Shown here: one piece after another, positions 1 through 8,996 of the stretch
How the letters are laid out: every line of letters begins with the position of its first letter
How positions within the stretch are numbered: the stretch's first letter is position 1
From: Deltaproteobacteria bacterium
Lineage (GTDB): Bacteria > Bdellovibrionota_C > UBA2361 > SZUA-149 > JADLFC01
Direction: 5' to 3'
Length of the DNA stretch: 64,000 bases
NCBI GenBank assembly: GCA_020845775.1
Contig: JADLFC010000028.1
Coordinates: 17,642 to 81,641 of the forward strand
Program-made: the position numbers and the translations under genes
The notes under the pieces: model-generated
Told to the model about the DNA's origin: nothing
Database searches by the model: none
The model's input: the letters and a program-made list of their open reading frames with translations, nothing else

Positions 1-2036
1 GGGCGAGTTTTTCAATTGAAAGTGGTTGGGTTGCAAAACAAGCGTCTGGTGCTGTTATTGTACGACAGGGAGAGACGATGGTTCTCGTAACAGTTTGTCG
101 TGCGGACGCAAAGCCAGATGCAGATTTCTTTCCGCTTGTAGTGGATTATCAGGAGAAGACTTACGCGGCTGGGAGAATTCCAGGCGGGTATTTAAAGCGC
201 GAGGCGCGACCGGCTGAACACGAGATTCTCATATGTCGTCTAATAGACAGACCGATTCGACCACTTTTCCCTGATGGGTATTTAGATGAGATTCAGGTTA
301 TCTGTACAGTTCTTTCGGCGGACGGAGAAAATAGCCCGGACGTGCTGGCGATTTGTGGAGCATCGGCAGCTCTCTATATTTCAGAAATTCCTTTTTACAA
401 TGCAATAGCAGGAGTTAGAGTAGGTAAGGTCGATGGCAAGTTGATAATAAATCCAAGTTTGTCTCAGCTCGCAAAGTCCGAGATCGATCTAGTTATTGCT
501 GGGACTAAGGATGCTATCGTCATGGTGGAAGGTGGCATTGATGTTTTGCCGGAAGCGGAAGTCATTGAGGCCCTATATTATGGCCACTCCGAGCTAAGGA
601 AAATAATCGAGCTTCAGGAAACGTTGCGCAGCAAGGTTAGCAAGAAAAAAATGGATGTCGCTGCCAGTGAGTTGACTTCGGGCTTGGAGCAAAAGGTTGC
701 TGAATTAGCAAAAACGCGATTGTGCTCGGCCCTGTCGATTAAGGATAAGCTCGAGCGCAAGCAGGCTGTGTCTACGATTAAAGAGGAGGTCGCTCTTGCG
801 GTTCAAGTCGAGTTCCCCGATGCGGCGGCAGAGATAGGCTCGGCGTTAGAGACTTTAATTAAAAAGATCGTTCGCAACAGAGTAGTGGACGAAAGTGTAC
901 GCATAGACGGTCGCGGACTTAAGGATGTTCGCCGAATTGAATGCGAGGTGGGCGTTATACCCAGAGCTCATGGTTCGGCTCTTTTTACGCGCGGCGAAAC
1001 TCAGTCGTTAGTTACCGCAACGCTGGGAACTGCGATAGACGCACAGCGAATGGATACCCTAGAAGGGCTTTCTGAGCGAAAGTTTATGTTCCATTACAAC
1101 TTCCCGCCGTATAGTACGGGCGAGGTGAAGATGTTAAGGGGTACTGGGAGGCGCGAGTTGGGGCATGGAACGCTCGCCAGGCGTGCTCTTGAGCCGGTAC
1201 TGCCGTCTACTGAGGATTCTCCTTATGTAATCCGCGTAGTGTCGGATATTATGGAGTCGAATGGCTCTAGTTCTATGGCTAGCGTATGCGGGGGCAGCTT
1301 GGCGCTGATGGATGCCGGTATAGCGATTAAAGAGGCCGTTGCAGGGGTGGCGATGGGCTTAATTAAGGAAGGCGAAAAAGTTGCTGTGTTAACGGACATT
1401 CTTGGCGATGAAGATCACCTGGGAGATATGGATTTTAAGGTATGTGGCACGCGAGGTGGAATTACTGCGCTGCAAATGGACATTAAGTGCGACGGGCTAT
1501 CGCGCGAGATGATGGAAAGTGCGTTGGCGCAGGCGAAGGCTGGAAGGCTGCACATACTGGGCGAGATGGACAAGGTGTTAGCGGCGGCTAGAAAGGAACT
1601 CAGTCGCTATGCCCCAACTATTCAAACGATGAATATTAACCCGGATAAAATCCGCGATGTTATTGGACCTGGGGGCAAGACTATACGTTCTATTGTAGAA
1701 ACTACGGGTGCTAAGATTGACATCAATGACGATGGCACTGTTACGATTGCTAGCGTTGATAGCGATTCGGGTAAACGTGCGATGGAAATCATCAAGGGAT
1801 TAACTGAGGAGGCGGAGATAGGAAAGACTTATAATGGAGTAGTGAGGCGCATAACGGATTTCGGGGCTTTTGTAGAAATTCTTCCTGGCTGCGATGGCTT
1901 GGTGCATATCTCGCAATTGTCGCGCGATCGCGTTGAGTCGGTTTCAGATGTGGTGAGAGAGGGTGATGAAATTAAAGTTAAAGTCTTGGATATCGACAAA
2001 CAAGGTCGCATTCGCTTGACGTGTAAAGACTTGTAG
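1..2036 (+). CDS. pnp: Polynucleotide phosphorylase (PNPase), 5'-partial; N-terminus lies upstream of the window
   Basis: Reading from nt 3 gives IESGWVAKQASGAVIVRQGETMVLVTV..DFFPLVVDYQEKTYAAGRIPGGYLKREARP..LIDRPIRPLFP, a canonical PNPase RNase PH domain. KH and S1 domains sit at the C-terminus (..GKTIRSIVETTGAKIDI.., ..GVVRRITDFGAFVEILPGCDGLVHISQL..). The M at nt 78 in the ORF track is internal. Confidence 0.95.
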   Translation, partial: ASFSIESGWVAKQASGAVIVRQGETMVLVTVCRADAKPDADFFPLVVDYQEKTYAAGRIPGGYLKREARPAEHEILICRLIDRPIRPLFPDGYLDEIQVICTVLSADGENSPDVLAICGASAALYISEIPFYNAIAGVRVGKVDGKLIINPSLSQLAKSEIDLVIAGTKDAIVMVEGGIDVLPEAEVIEALYYGHSELRKIIELQETLRSKVSKKKMDVAASELTSGLEQKVAELAKTRLCSALSIKDKLERKQAVSTIKEEVALAVQVEFPDAAAEIGSALETLIKKIVRNRVVDESVRIDGRGLKDVRRIECEVGVIPRAHGSALFTRGETQSLVTATLGTAIDAQRMDTLEGLSERKFMFHYNFPPYSTGEVKMLRGTGRRELGHGTLARRALEPVLPSTEDSPYVIRVVSDIMESNGSSSMASVCGGSLALMDAGIAIKEAVAGVAMGLIKEGEKVAVLTDILGDEDHLGDMDFKVCGTRGGITALQMDIKCDGLSREMMESALAQAKAGRLHILGEMDKVLAAARKELSRYAPTIQTMNINPDKIRDVIGPGGKTIRSIVETTGAKIDINDDGTVTIASVDSDSGKRAMEIIKGLTEEAEIGKTYNGVVRRITDFGAFVEILPGCDGLVHISQLSRDRVESVSDVVREGDEIKVKVLDIDKQGRIRLTCKDL

Positions 2037-2086
2037 CCCTTTGGAAAGCAGTCGGTATGCTAGGGTTGTTTTGGTAGGAAGATTCC

Positions 2087-2551
2087 ATGTCTAGTGATTT
2101 TTGCTGTGGAACTGCACTGTCGTTTTATGTCTGTGAAGAGGCGAGAGAGAGGGGGATTTCTTTTTCGGCGCCGCGTCCGTTAGATGCGGGCTATGATTTG
2201 CCAAGCCTTTTTGATGTTAGTCTTTCGGCTGGAGAGAGGCGCCTAATTAGAACCGGGATACACATAGCCGTTCCTGAGGGATGGGTTGGTGTGATTAAGG
2301 ATCGCAGTAGCGTTGCTAGCCGTGGTGGCGAAATTAGTGCCGGTGTAATTGACAGCGCATACCGCGGTGAGGTTAAGGTTTTAATGCGGAACGCTGGCGC
2401 GGAAGAGCTGACGTTTAAATCTGGGGATAGGATTGCCCAGCTTTTAGTTTTGTTGCACAGCCCAGGGAATGAAGTTGTAGAGGTGTCTAGTCTGGAGGAT
2501 TTGGGAGTAACGCTTAGGGGAGAGGGTGGTTTTGGATCTACAGGGCGTTGA
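2087..2551 (+). CDS. dut: dUTP diphosphatase
   Basis: dUTPase motifs DAGYDL, RSS.A.RGGEI..GVIDSAYRGEV and RIAQL..EGGFGSTGR are present. Length is about 150 aa and GGAAG lies upstream of the ATG. Confidence 0.9.
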   Translation: MSSDFCCGTALSFYVCEEARERGISFSAPRPLDAGYDLPSLFDVSLSAGERRLIRTGIHIAVPEGWVGVIKDRSSVASRGGEISAGVIDSAYRGEVKVLMRNAGAEELTFKSGDRIAQLLVLLHSPGNEVVEVSSLEDLGVTLRGEGGFGSTGR

Positions 2552-2603
2552 TGGGCGTGATTTTTTACAGGACATTTAATGTATTTTTCGATTAGTTTCG
2601 TTT

Positions 2604-3482
2604 ATGCGTCCACTTATGCGAGTTAAGGGTGCTGTAAAGGCATTGTTGCGCACAGGGCGAGAGGTCGATAACACGGCTAGACAGAGAGAAGCTTCGTTAG
2701 CAATGAATCGAGTTATCTCCGGAGGTGCTGTAGAGGCCGCGGTTGTGCCTGGCAACATGTGCGATATGCCCCAAGCCATTGTGGCTGAAACTAGTTTGCA
2801 GGCATTTGAGGATAGGGATTGGCGCCAATATTTTTCCACTCGCCTCCATGGTAGGGGTTTAGAGATAGGGCCGCTCCACCGGCCAATGGTGCGCCATGAC
2901 GGAATGGATGTGGACTATATCGATCGCCTCACGGTGGAAGAGCTTCGTAGGCACTATCCTGAATTAAAGGAGTTACCGCTAGTCGAGCCAAACATCATTG
3001 GCGACGCTCAATATTTAAGCGAAATTTCCAACGACGCCTACGATTTTTTAATCTCTGCTCATGTCATTGAACACGTATTGAACCCCATACTAGCTCTTAA
3101 GGAGTGGTGTAGGGTTATAAAGCCAGGGGGACTAATATATCTCATCGTGCCTGATAAGCGCGTAATCTTTGACAAGAAAAGAGTTAGAACAACGCTGGAG
3201 CACTTAATCCTCGATTTTCTAGAACCTTCAAAGGAGCGCGATTTTGAGCATTATCTTGAGTATGCTCTCTTCGTGCATAACAAGATCGGGGCAGATGCGA
3301 TCGAAGAAGCTAGGCGACTCATAGCAACTGATTATAGCATTCATTATCACGTGTTTATTCCAAGTGACATTGTTAGTCTTCTAAATTGGTTTTCGACTTG
3401 CGTTAGCAAGATTAAGATTCTCGAAGGACCTGTAATGGCGCCCGGGAGTGATGAATTCCACTTTCTCCTTTCTAAATTTTAG
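2604..3482 (+). CDS. Class I SAM-dependent methyltransferase (type 11/12-like), substrate unknown
   Basis: GRGLEIGP is a Gly-rich SAM motif I. It is followed by the acidic IIGDAQYL, DFLISAHVIEHV and IKPGGLIYLIVP, the typical order of the Rossmann MTase fold. The start is uncertain; several in-frame Met follow. Confidence 0.6.
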   Translation: MRPLMRVKGAVKALLRTGREVDNTARQREASLAMNRVISGGAVEAAVVPGNMCDMPQAIVAETSLQAFEDRDWRQYFSTRLHGRGLEIGPLHRPMVRHDGMDVDYIDRLTVEELRRHYPELKELPLVEPNIIGDAQYLSEISNDAYDFLISAHVIEHVLNPILALKEWCRVIKPGGLIYLIVPDKRVIFDKKRVRTTLEHLILDFLEPSKERDFEHYLEYALFVHNKIGADAIEEARRLIATDYSIHYHVFIPSDIVSLLNWFSTCVSKIKILEGPVMAPGSDEFHFLLSKF

Positions 3483-3494
3483 CTAGGTGGTAGT

Positions 3495-3803
3495 CTAGTC
3501 GGTGTCGCCAGCCTGCTTTCCTCGGTTGGTGATTATTTCTCTAGTCTTTGGCAGTTGTCGCGGAGCATTTTTAGTTGTTTTGTCGGTTTGTGGCGTAGCG
3601 TGTTGAGGGCTGTTTTTATCTGTTTTTGTGGGCTGTTCTTCTGCGGCAGGTGGGTAAGCTAGTTGGGCTCGCTTATATTCGACTAATTCGTCTATTGCCC
3701 AGTCAAATTCATCCGCTGTGGCTGCTTTGCTAGAGAAGAGGAGAATGGTAATTGCTAAGTGAGTAGTGAACAGAGTAGCGCGTATCAGATTGTGTTTATT
3801 CAT
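3495..3803 (-). CDS. Small secreted protein, low-complexity Pro/Thr/Lys-rich C-terminus
   Basis: N-terminal signal peptide (..ATLFTTHLAITILLFSSKAATA/DE). GAGGT lies 7 nt upstream of the ATG on the minus strand. No recognisable domain. Confidence 0.4.
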   Translation of the reverse strand: MNKHNLIRATLFTTHLAITILLFSSKAATADEFDWAIDELVEYKRAQLAYPPAAEEQPTKTDKNSPQHATPQTDKTTKNAPRQLPKTREIITNRGKQAGDTD

Positions 3804-3908
3804 GTTCTTAACCTCAATCGTGGCGTTTAGATAGTTGTTCCACTAATCATTAAAATTGCAATATATGCTTCAAATTAATGTAGAAATTCTTAAGGAGGAT
3901 TTATAGAG

Positions 3909-5096
3909 TTGAGTTGTTTTCGTGCTTTAAGCGGACGACTGCTTGATTTAAAACGACAAGTTGATGAGCTTGACGGGGGAGTTAATGCTTGTGTGGTGGA
4001 AAAAGATTTAGCTCGTGGCGAACTTCCTAATGAAACGGCTGTAGTGGCCCAGCTGTATTTGGATGAAGCGGAGGAGATCTTTAATGGTTTTCGCGCAAGC
4101 GGATTGAAAACACTTTCTCGAGTTGCTGTTGGGAGGTTTTATGAGGCTCTCATACGAGCGCAGGTTGAGGTTGATAAGCTCGTCTATTCAGAGGTGGATC
4201 CGAATTCTGGATGGGTGGAATGGGAGGTCCTAGATTGCGATTTGGATAGACAAGACGAACTTATCGTAAACACGCAGCTATTGCGCCTGTACTTAGACGG
4301 CGAGAGCGGCGCTAGCATAGTTGAGCTAGACTATAAGCCTCGAAAGGCTAATTTAGTTAGTTTTCTACACGATGAGATGGGGCCGACGGAAAACTTGCAA
4401 GCACTTTTAAATATTAACCAACTTCCGTTATTAGAGCCCGCAGTCGAGGTTTATGACGTGGCAGCTGGTAGTAAAAAGAGTGCTTGTGTGTCGCATAGCG
4501 TCATTTCTTTGCGCACGCCAGATCTTTTGGGCATAAAATGTCGGCAAGACATCGAAGTGTCTGGAACCACACAGAGTACCTCCTGGAGGACGACTTTAGT
4601 AAAGGATTTTCTTTTTAAATCAGGCATTGGTGCGCATTGCGAAAATGCCACGACTGGTTTCTCTTTAGCATATTCTTTTAGCGGCGTTGAGTTGCCGCCA
4701 AAAAATACATTGCTTGCTATCGAGTGGAACGCAATGCTACCTACCGCAGTGCCGGAAGCTATTTCAATCTGCCCCCTACTAAGCGTAGGAGGTATCTCTA
4801 CCAAAGAGCGCTTTAGTGGCGCAGAAAAAAAGTGGCTGAGCGGCGAGGACGTCGAGGGCGGCTTACATGGCGTTCGCCTTATAGATGGCGTGAGCGATTT
4901 GCATGTAGATATTAGGGCATCCAAACAACTGCTGGGCGTAAGTTTAGTGCCACTTTTCGCTACGCAAGTTATGGAAGAGGCTTGGGAAGGAGGAAATGGC
5001 AGCGATTACTGGGGCGTAAGGGCAGTTTTTGTCGTGAAACTTGCGAGCGATAGTGGTCAATTCGACGCCGTTAGTTTTTTTGTCTCTATATTGTAA
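3909..5096 (+). CDS. Hypothetical protein (395 aa); possible faint resemblance to the DUF1926-type C-terminal region of GH57 glucanotransferases, unverified
   Basis: Long ORF with TTG start 8 nt after AAGGAGGA. No signal peptide and no catalytic motif recognised. The ..IVELDYKPRKANLVSFLHDEMG.. stretch loosely recalls the GH57 C-terminal domains. Confidence 0.4.
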   Translation: MSCFRALSGRLLDLKRQVDELDGGVNACVVEKDLARGELPNETAVVAQLYLDEAEEIFNGFRASGLKTLSRVAVGRFYEALIRAQVEVDKLVYSEVDPNSGWVEWEVLDCDLDRQDELIVNTQLLRLYLDGESGASIVELDYKPRKANLVSFLHDEMGPTENLQALLNINQLPLLEPAVEVYDVAAGSKKSACVSHSVISLRTPDLLGIKCRQDIEVSGTTQSTSWRTTLVKDFLFKSGIGAHCENATTGFSLAYSFSGVELPPKNTLLAIEWNAMLPTAVPEAISICPLLSVGGISTKERFSGAEKKWLSGEDVEGGLHGVRLIDGVSDLHVDIRASKQLLGVSLVPLFATQVMEEAWEGGNGSDYWGVRAVFVVKLASDSGQFDAVSFFVSIL

Positions 5097-5100
5097 AGCC

Positions 5101-5535
5101 TCATTTTTCTATCCCTAAGGCTTTTTCTGGTTTGGGGAGCAAGGCTTTTACCGCCTGGTGGCGCTCAACTTTTCTTATCCTGTCGTTCATGTCGTAGGTT
5201 ACAACGATAACGTGCTTATCTCCCTGCAAAGCTTCTACTGGAGTTGTGAAAACTTCGGCCAAACCTAGAGTTGCGATGTCCACAACCGCATAAGTTGCAG
5301 CTCTACCGTAACTTTTTTCGTCATTAGTGAAAAATTGATACGTCGTGACCGAGCCAGAGCGAGTTTTGTGGCTGGAAATAATGTTGTTGAACTGCGCTTC
5401 GACTAAAGATTTTGGATTTCCAACCCTAAGAACTGAATCATCCGGCGCTTTGTCAGCATGAGCAGCCATAAAAACTGAGCAGCCGGAAAAAGCCAAGGAC
5501 ATTAAGGCACTTGAGATAGATCTTTTTAACGACAT
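5101..5535 (-). CDS. Lipoprotein (144 aa), possibly SmpA/OmlA(BamE)-like
   Basis: The real start is the internal ATG (MSLKRSISSALMSLAFSGC..), preceded by AGGAGG then 5 nt. Lipobox is LAFSG|C. The long upstream extension in the ORF track is not supported. The ..LRVGNPKSLVEAQF.. region weakly resembles BamE. Confidence 0.6.
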   Translation of the reverse strand: MSLKRSISSALMSLAFSGCSVFMAAHADKAPDDSVLRVGNPKSLVEAQFNNIISSHKTRSGSVTTYQFFTNDEKSYGRAATYAVVDIATLGLAEVFTTPVEALQGDKHVIVVTYDMNDRIRKVERHQAVKALLPKPEKALGIEK

Positions 5536-5848
5536 AGTTACCTCCTGTTGAGAAAAATACTGCTGAATTACTCTATGAGAGCTTAAGCAAGTAGCGTGCC
5601 AATAGATAAGTAGATTAGAGAGCAACAATGTTACTGAATGTGGCCTTAAAAAGATGCCTTTTCGACTGTCTAATGAGAGGTTACTCGGTAAGCGGTTAGA
5701 CATTAAAAAAATACCGACTGCGGGGAGCGTTGCCATACGCTGCGCTCCCCGCAAGTGGTATGCAGGGCGGCGGAATGCCCACCCTGTTCTACCCCAAGCG
5801 CGAACCTTCTGGGAGACCTCGATTCCAAGAAGGGACTAACTGCTCTTC

Positions 5849-6130
5849 CTATTTAGCTATTACACAAGGGGACGCGAAAGAGTCATCATCTGAGCTCAAT
5901 TCGTCATATTCATTTGCGCTATTGCAGAAGAATTCCTCAGGAATAGCCCCGATTAGCATTTCGACGGAATCCCTTCTAATCCGCCAATCTGCTCCAACTT
6001 TAAAACCATCTATTGCACCGTCTTTAATGAGCTCGTAGACTTTGGGTCGCTGAACTCTAAGCAGTGTCGAAACTTCTCTAACAGTTAAGAGAACAGGTAT
6101 GTCTAAGTTATTACTCATTTTTGCCTCCAT
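5849..6130 (-). CDS. Excisionase-family helix-turn-helix DNA-binding protein
   Basis: LTVREVSTLLRVQRPKVYELIKDGAIDGFKVGADWRIRRDSVE matches the excisionase/MerR-like HTH_17 pattern. It is followed by an acidic tail. Confidence 0.55.
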   Translation of the reverse strand: MEAKMSNNLDIPVLLTVREVSTLLRVQRPKVYELIKDGAIDGFKVGADWRIRRDSVEMLIGAIPEEFFCNSANEYDELSSDDDSFASPCVIAK

Positions 6131-6415
6131 CGTTGCTTAAGTGGCGAATTAGCTGACAGTAAGTAAAGGTGACTAGTTTTCTATAATTGGTGTCCATAAT
6201 ATTGAGTATCCATCAGATTCGTTTAAATGCTAATCGCGGATTGTAGGAAAAGCGGGTAAGATGTTAACGGAATTTAGAATAGGTAATTTTCTTAGAGGCT
6301 ACAGAGCAGTGTGTTTGGGACTGTGTTAGAGCAACAACAAAAGTAGTAATATTATGGCGTTAGCGGGACGCTGACGTTTGTTTTTGGCGTGCGAATATTT
6401 TGGTGAAATATAGAT

Positions 6416-7912
6416 ATGGGTTTTAGAGCTCCAATAAAAGAGATTGGTCGTGTCCTTCAACCTTTTACGGTCGTTCCAAGCGGGATAGACGAGCAGGTCT
6501 GCTCAGGGGTAGTTACTGATAGCAGGGAGGTAAAAGAAGGTAGCTTGTTTGTAGCGCGAAAAGGCGAGAGTCTCGATGGGCATGAGTTTATCGAGAAAGC
6601 GTTTTTAGCTGGTGCTAGGGCTTGCCTGGTAAGTGACGAGTGGCTAAATGCTAATTGCTGTATCGCCAAAGAGCAATGCAAAAAAGTTTTTCCTGGAAGA
6701 GCACTTATAGGCGTAGAGGATACAACTGTGGCCTTGGGCAAATTGGCGTCCTATTGGAGAGAACAGCTCAAAGTTCCAACAATTGTCCTTACCGGTTCTA
6801 ACGGAAAAACCAGCACAAAAGAAATGCTTAGAACTATTCTAGCGCGATTGGTTGGCCATGGAACTGCAAACCTAAAATCGTTTAATAATCACGTCGGCTT
6901 ACCACAAACGATCTTAGAGGCAGATGAAAATAGCAAATGGCTGCTACTAGAAGCTGGTATGAATCATTCGGGAGAGCTCGACTATTTGGGTTCGGTTGCA
7001 AAGCCCGACGTTGCGGCAGTCCTCAATGTGGGTTTGGCTCACTTGGGATTTTTTTCGTCGGTAGAAGAAATCGCAGATGCTAAGTGTGAATTATTGGCTC
7101 ATGTTAGAACCTCTGGCAAAGTTGTTTTGTGCAAAGACGATGCCGAGTTGCAGCGCGCATTTAAGCGACTTTGCGAAGCCGGATTTGTGTCGCCAGCAGT
7201 CGTAACGTTTGGTTTTTCAGATCAGGCCGATTACTATGCCGCGGACTGGGAAAATCTTGGCTTCGGCGGGTCTAAATTTTTCGTAAACCACAATGGCAAG
7301 CGCTACGCCTCGTCAATTGTGCATCTCGGTAAGCATAATATTTGCAATGCGGTAGCAGCAATTGCAATTAGCCGTGCTGCCTTTCAGGATCTCGATGTTG
7401 CAGATATATGCGCGACACTAAGTGAATGTCGCAGAGCGCCAATGCGGCTGGAGGTAATAGAAGCGGCTGGCGTAAGGGTTATTAACGATGCGTATAATGC
7501 TAATCCAGTATCTATGGGAAAGGCTTTAGAGGTTGCGGCTAGCATGATAAATGGAAGTTCGGACAGGCGGAATTCTTTTGGAGTGATACTGGGAGATATG
7601 TTAGAACTTGGGGAGCGCGCTGAGTCGTTTCATCGCGAACTTGGCAAACAGGCTGCTCGTTTGGGTGCAGAAAAGTTAGTAGCTTTTGGGAATTTCGCTG
7701 AAGTAGTGGTAGAAGCCGCGCGAGGCGAAGGTTTGGATAACAGCGCCGTTGCAAAAAGTCAGCTCGAAGCTGCTCAGTTATTCTTGCACAATATGCCAGC
7801 AAATATTGGAGTTGTATTAGTAAAAGGCTCTCGTGGCATGGCGTTAGAAAAATGCGTGACAAAACTAGTTGGGGAGCTAAATGCTATATCATCTTCTGTA
7901 TCCGCTGCGTGA
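6416..7912 (+). CDS. murF: UDP-N-acetylmuramoyl-tripeptide--D-alanyl-D-alanine ligase
   Basis: Mur ligase P-loop TGSNGKTSTKEML with central and C-terminal Mur ligase domains. Sits directly upstream of mraY. Confidence 0.9.
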   Translation: MGFRAPIKEIGRVLQPFTVVPSGIDEQVCSGVVTDSREVKEGSLFVARKGESLDGHEFIEKAFLAGARACLVSDEWLNANCCIAKEQCKKVFPGRALIGVEDTTVALGKLASYWREQLKVPTIVLTGSNGKTSTKEMLRTILARLVGHGTANLKSFNNHVGLPQTILEADENSKWLLLEAGMNHSGELDYLGSVAKPDVAAVLNVGLAHLGFFSSVEEIADAKCELLAHVRTSGKVVLCKDDAELQRAFKRLCEAGFVSPAVVTFGFSDQADYYAADWENLGFGGSKFFVNHNGKRYASSIVHLGKHNICNAVAAIAISRAAFQDLDVADICATLSECRRAPMRLEVIEAAGVRVINDAYNANPVSMGKALEVAASMINGSSDRRNSFGVILGDMLELGERAESFHRELGKQAARLGAEKLVAFGNFAEVVVEAARGEGLDNSAVAKSQLEAAQLFLHNMPANIGVVLVKGSRGMALEKCVTKLVGELNAISSSVSAA

Positions 7913-8960
7913 TATTTTCGGGGCGCTCAATGTCTTTCGCTATTTGACATTCCGCTCGATGTTGGCGTTTGTCATTGCGTTTGTGTTAGTGCTCGTATTC
8001 CAGCCAGTGTTTATTAAGTGGTTTCGCGTTCGCTATCTTGGGCAGCCGATTCGAAGCGATGGCCCACAGACGCATCTTTCTAAACAAGGGACGCCCACTA
8101 TGGGTGGGCTCGTCGTAGTGCTCGCGGTCGTCGTTTCGACTATGCTGTTAGCGGATCTAACCAATATATATGTCTGGCTTACGGTAGGTGTTACTCTCTT
8201 GTATGGATGCCTGGGATTATTAGATGATTTTTATAAAGTCAAAGTTAGAAATAGCAAGGGTCTTAGTGCGCGAAAAAAGTTTTGGACGCAGGTAAGCGTG
8301 GCGACTGTGGCGGTCATTATGCTAATGGCCTTTGCTCCTGGTTTTTCGACTGTAGTTGCGGTTCCTCTATTAAAGAATTTGAGCTTTGATTTGGGCTATG
8401 CGTTTATTCCGTTTGCAGTTTTTATCATAGTTGGATGCTCGAATGCGGTTAATTTAACTGACGGCTTGGATGGTTTAGTAATAGGGCCTGTGATGACGGC
8501 AGCGTTTACATATGGAGTTTTTGCCTACGTTACCGGGAACTCCGTAATTTCGTCCTATTTGCAGATTTCCTATGTTCCTGGTTGCGGTGACTTGTCTATT
8601 TTTGCAGCGGCTCTCGTGGCGGCTGGCTTGGGCTTTTTGTGGTTTAATAGTTTTCCAGCGAGCGTTTTTATGGGAGATGTCGGGTCGCTAGCATTAGGTG
8701 GGGCGCTAGGAATTTTAGCGATTATTACAAAGCAGGAGTTGTTGTTAATTATTGTTGGTGGCGTGTTTGTGGTAGAAACGCTTTCGGTGATTATCCAGGT
8801 GTTGTCGTTTCGCCTTACTGGGAAACGCGTTTTTAAGATGGCCCCGATTCACCACCACTTTGAGCTAAAGGGTTTAAACGAACCAAAGATAATCGTGCGT
8901 TGTTGGATAATTTCAATCGTACTTGGTTTAATTGCAATTTCGACATTAAAACTCCGCTAG
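7881..8960 (+). CDS. mraY: Phospho-N-acetylmuramoyl-pentapeptide transferase
   Basis: Polytopic membrane protein with MraY motifs (..NAVNLTDGLDGL.., ..MGDVGSLALGG.., ..APIHHHFELKG..). Overlaps the murF stop. Confidence 0.95.
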   Translation: MLYHLLYPLRDIFGALNVFRYLTFRSMLAFVIAFVLVLVFQPVFIKWFRVRYLGQPIRSDGPQTHLSKQGTPTMGGLVVVLAVVVSTMLLADLTNIYVWLTVGVTLLYGCLGLLDDFYKVKVRNSKGLSARKKFWTQVSVATVAVIMLMAFAPGFSTVVAVPLLKNLSFDLGYAFIPFAVFIIVGCSNAVNLTDGLDGLVIGPVMTAAFTYGVFAYVTGNSVISSYLQISYVPGCGDLSIFAAALVAAGLGFLWFNSFPASVFMGDVGSLALGGALGILAIITKQELLLIIVGGVFVVETLSVIIQVLSFRLTGKRVFKMAPIHHHFELKGLNEPKIIVRCWIISIVLGLIAISTLKLR

Positions 8961-8996
8961 GAAATATTAACGCGCATTTTTTCGGAGGCAGTAAGT

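Noticed and set aside
5536-5754. Upstream extension of the 5101..5754 minus-strand ORF
   Set aside because: Strong AGGAGG-N5-ATG at the internal Met followed by a textbook lipoprotein signal. The upstream 73 codons have no features.
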